This document shows positions 60,864-64,000 of a stretch of DNA of 64,000 nt, piece by piece; position 1 is the first letter of the stretch, and the number at the start of each line of letters is the position of its first letter. The notes beneath the pieces are model-generated. The model had not been told where the DNA came from, did not search any database, and saw nothing but the letters and a program-made list of their open reading frames with translations. Source of the stretch: a virus (lineage: Duplodnaviria > Caudoviricetes); IMG/VR virus record IMGVR_UViG_3300021431_000079, positions 1-64,000 of that record. One strand, written 5' to 3'. The position numbers were made by a program, and so were the translations under genes.

Positions 60864-62033
60864 ATGGAAAAGAAAACACTGAGTAAAACTGGTCAGGCAA
60901 GCAGATTCACACTGGTAGGAAAAGCAATTGTTAACGATAGGACTTTTTCAATTGATCAGAGATCACAGAGCAGTGATTATATTTCCAACAGGATGAACCT
61001 TGGAGTTAACTGTGGAAGTAAGTACGGAAATATTTATTGTGAACTCTGGGGTGGATATTCTGAAAATAGAGATACATTTATCTATGTTCATAAGAAAAAT
61101 GCTGATGGATCAGATGATTTCTCAAACACTGATAAGATCGCATGGGAAGATAGAACAGATGAAAACATCCTTTCAGAGATCGGTAGAAGCTGTTTTATTA
61201 GAGTCGGTGTAGAGAATACAACTAAAGGTGAGATCTTTACTAAAGAGTTCTTGTCTCCTTATGATGCAATCAACTATCTTAATGAACATCTGAAAGATGG
61301 AACAAGAATCAGAGTAAATGGTCGTTTGAAATATGACTATTACAATGGCAATGTCAGGGTAAGAAAGGAAATCACCCGAATTGAGGTTGTTAATAACGAT
61401 GTCCCTGATACTGCTACATTCGTTCAGAGCATTCTTCTTACAAAGGGATGCGCAGGAACTATTGATAAAAAGACTGGCCTCTGTCCCATTGATGGTATCG
61501 TACTTGAATACTTCAAGACTTTCAATAACAAGGAAGTAAATGGATGCGTACCATTACACAAGAGCTTTGAATTTGATTTCTCAAGATTCCTTAATGAGCC
61601 TGAGAAGATTAAGAAGATCAGAGAGAAGTTCTTCAATGTAAGAAAGGGTGTTACGGAAATCAAGTTTGAAGGTGAATTCATTGAGAGCGGTTCTACTGTC
61701 CAGATTACAGAAGATGATCTTGATGATGATATTAAGCTTCAGATTGAGTTTGGATTAAGAACACTTGAGGAAGCTCTTCAGACTGCCGCAGGATCTGGTA
61801 GTGTACTGAGAAGAATGGTTCTCGTAAGACCTGCTATGAAGGATGTTGAGCAGGAAGATGGTTCAATTAAGAGAACTACCGACATTACAGAACGCAAATA
61901 TGAAGAAGATGATCTCGCCCTTGATTGTCTTGTGGAAGATGAGAAAGAGGAAGAAGCAGAAGAGAAGTTCGAAAAGCTTTCTGATGATGATGAAGATGGT
62001 CTTGATGACTGGATGAGTGAACTTAACCTTTAA
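60864..62033 (+). CDS. putative single-stranded DNA-binding protein (YorF-like)
   Basis: OB-like RIRVNGRLKY segment, acidic C-terminal tail, upstream of the AAA gene. Confidence 0.6.
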   Translation: MEKKTLSKTGQASRFTLVGKAIVNDRTFSIDQRSQSSDYISNRMNLGVNCGSKYGNIYCELWGGYSENRDTFIYVHKKNADGSDDFSNTDKIAWEDRTDENILSEIGRSCFIRVGVENTTKGEIFTKEFLSPYDAINYLNEHLKDGTRIRVNGRLKYDYYNGNVRVRKEITRIEVVNNDVPDTATFVQSILLTKGCAGTIDKKTGLCPIDGIVLEYFKTFNNKEVNGCVPLHKSFEFDFSRFLNEPEKIKKIREKFFNVRKGVTEIKFEGEFIESGSTVQITEDDLDDDIKLQIEFGLRTLEEALQTAAGSGSVLRRMVLVRPAMKDVEQEDGSIKRTTDITERKYEEDDLALDCLVEDEKEEEAEEKFEKLSDDDEDGLDDWMSELNL

Positions 62034-62062
62034 AAATAACTAAAAAATAGGAGATAAAACGC

Positions 62063-63196
62063 ATGGCATATGGTAAAAAGAACCAAGTAAATGTAGATCC
62101 GTTCCGATACAATATTGGTTTGATCGGGGAGAGCGGAATTGGAAAAACTACAACCATCTGGGAGATGTGTAAAAAGCATTTGGGTGAAGATGGAGCACTA
62201 TTCTTGGAGTGTGGTAAAGAGGATGGTGCTGATGCAATTGAAGGAATCAACTACGTAAACTGTCCCGAATGGTCTGCTGAGTATGATGAATACAATAACA
62301 CAATCGGATTTGAGGATATGGTCGATGATATTATTGAAAATAAGACCTCTGAATACCCTAACCTCAGAGTTGTGGTTATTGACACCTATGATGAGCTGAT
62401 TTTAATTGCAAAAGATGAGGTTGTCAATATGCACAACAGATTGAATCCTGAAAAGCAGGTTAAGACAATTAAGGCGGCATTCGGTGGTTACATGGCAGGT
62501 GATGATAAGGCCGCTGAAATCGTTCTGAATAAGCTTTGGGAATTGAAGAAAGTCGGAGTCAACTTCATTATTATTGGTCATGTAAAGGCTCGTCAGCAGA
62601 CCGATGCGTTAACTGGTCAGGAATATACAAGCCTTACCACAAACATGGCTATCAGAGATTTCAATACCATTAAAACTAAGCTTCACTTCCTTGGTGTTGC
62701 TTATATTGATCGTAACATCGTTCAGGAAAAAACAAATAAGAAAGATCAGAACGGAAAAGTTATCACACGCAGTAAGATAGCGCAGGAGAGCAGAAAGGTA
62801 ACTTTCCGTGATGATAATTACTCTGTAGACTCAAAGAGTAGATTCAGCCACATTGACAGCGAAATACCTCTTGATGCTGATGCTATTTATAACACCCTCG
62901 TTGAAGCCATTAAGTATGAAGTCAATAAGAATGGCTCATTTGAGGAGAGTCAGAAGAAACAGGAGAAGATTGATGCTGATCACAAGAGGGAAATCGAGCG
63001 TTTAGAGAACGAGAAAAAGGATAAAAAGGAATTAGACGCAATCATTACCGAGATTGTTGATTTTATAAAGGAAAACAAGTCAAATCAGGATGTTTTCAGA
63101 CCGATCATGCTCAAGGTTAAACAGCTTGGTTACAACAATCCTCTTGAAATCTCATCAATTAAAGATGCAAAAGAAGTCCGTAGCATGATTGGCTAA
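62063..63196 (+). CDS. Sak4-like AAA ATPase (YorG-like)
   Basis: GESGIGKTT, VVIDT and IIIGH motifs. Confidence 0.8.
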   Translation: MAYGKKNQVNVDPFRYNIGLIGESGIGKTTTIWEMCKKHLGEDGALFLECGKEDGADAIEGINYVNCPEWSAEYDEYNNTIGFEDMVDDIIENKTSEYPNLRVVVIDTYDELILIAKDEVVNMHNRLNPEKQVKTIKAAFGGYMAGDDKAAEIVLNKLWELKKVGVNFIIIGHVKARQQTDALTGQEYTSLTTNMAIRDFNTIKTKLHFLGVAYIDRNIVQEKTNKKDQNGKVITRSKIAQESRKVTFRDDNYSVDSKSRFSHIDSEIPLDADAIYNTLVEAIKYEVNKNGSFEESQKKQEKIDADHKREIERLENEKKDKKELDAIITEIVDFIKENKSNQDVFRPIMLKVKQLGYNNPLEISSIKDAKEVRSMIG

Positions 63197-63262
63197 CATC
63201 TTGCAACACTGTCATTGCCCGTCAGCAAATAGTTGGCGGGCAATTATTTATTGGAGTATTGC

Positions 63263-63733
63263 ATGACTAAAAAAGAAATAAAAGATTTTGATGATCTATA
63301 TTTTTATGTTAAAGCGTTAATGGGGTATGATGAGAGTCAACCATTAACAAGAAAAATGGTATTACGGCTTAAGGGTCTTGGCAAGGGCAAATTGTATGAC
63401 AATAATTATCAAAAGGATCGCGGAAACATCGGTTTTGATATTATATTGCTTACGTTAAAAATGTATAATGGTGATATTGTTACTGGATTATCACGAAATA
63501 CATTTAAAAATGACGAACACAAGTTTAACTATATTCTTAAGATTTGTGAAACCCATATGAATGAAGTTTACAGAGCGGTTGAAAAGAAGAAAAATTCGGA
63601 GGAGCTTAATAATCTCACAGTAAGTGGATATTTAACCGAGACAAAGACTGCCAGAGGGACAGAGAAGTACAAAGAGATACACAAGGAAAAAGAAACTAAA
63701 ATCACCAATGAAGATTTGTGGGGTGATTTATAA
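63263..63733 (+). CDS. hypothetical protein upstream of the helicase (YorH-like)
   Basis: GGAG RBS; position in the replication cluster. Confidence 0.6.
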   Translation: MTKKEIKDFDDLYFYVKALMGYDESQPLTRKMVLRLKGLGKGKLYDNNYQKDRGNIGFDIILLTLKMYNGDIVTGLSRNTFKNDEHKFNYILKICETHMNEVYRAVEKKKNSEELNNLTVSGYLTETKTARGTEKYKEIHKEKETKITNEDLWGDL

Positions 63734-64000
63734 TGACAAAAAAGAACGGATTGAGTTCGTTCGAAAAACAACTACTGGAAACCATAAAGAAAATCAGTGA
63801 CATTAAAATGTCATCAGAGGCTAATATAGTTGCTTCAATTTATAAGAATTCGGAGTTGTTCTTCAGTACGAACTTAGAGATTGAAGAGTTTTCCAATAAC
63901 TCATGGAGAGTTTATTTTGCGATAGCACAACAGCTATTACGAGTAGAAAACAAGCCAGTCTTAGATGATATGACCGTTGGGCTTTATCTTGAGAAGCATG
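63733..64000 (+). CDS. replicative DnaB-like helicase, N-terminal fragment (runs off window)
   Basis: ATG coupled to the upstream stop; EANIVASIYKN...WRVYFAIA; SPbeta-like gene order. Confidence 0.6.
   Translation, partial: MTKKNGLSSFEKQLLETIKKISDIKMSSEANIVASIYKNSELFFSTNLEIEEFSNNSWRVYFAIAQQLLRVENKPVLDDMTVGLYLEKH

Overview
A 64 kb segment of a large, AT-rich, SPbeta-like tailed phage or prophage. Strong AGGAG ribosome-binding sites and sigmaA-type promoters suggest a Bacillota host, probably Clostridia. The left half (minus strand, 1-30 kb) is the late region: tail tube, neck, major capsid, prohead protease/scaffold, portal, terminase, an adhesin-like accessory gene, a tyrosine recombinase, HU, a phosphoesterase, ClpP-like and PIN-PhoH genes, and a YonO-like single-chain RNA polymerase. 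Four ORF-less group I introns, missed by the ORF track, split the tail tube gene, a neck gene and the RNA polymerase gene (twice, once inside the catalytic DxDxD motif). All four have U/G boundaries, P1 pairing and P7 core elements, and splicing restores the reading frames. The middle (27.7-33.3 kb) is mostly non-coding: an iteron-like origin candidate, a 2 kb C-depleted block of short repeats, a sharp compositional switch near 32.34 kb and a GC-rich hairpin-dense 750 nt ncRNA candidate. The right half (plus strand) is an early region of many small genes with a type II hammerhead ribozyme, a tRNA-like mini element, repeated RBS-sequestering hairpins and a recurrent intergenic motif. It is followed by an sroDEF-like (yopPQR-like) repression module and the start of the replication cluster (SSB-like, Sak4-like ATPase, helicase). 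All protein calls come from motifs and gene order only; no database searches were run.
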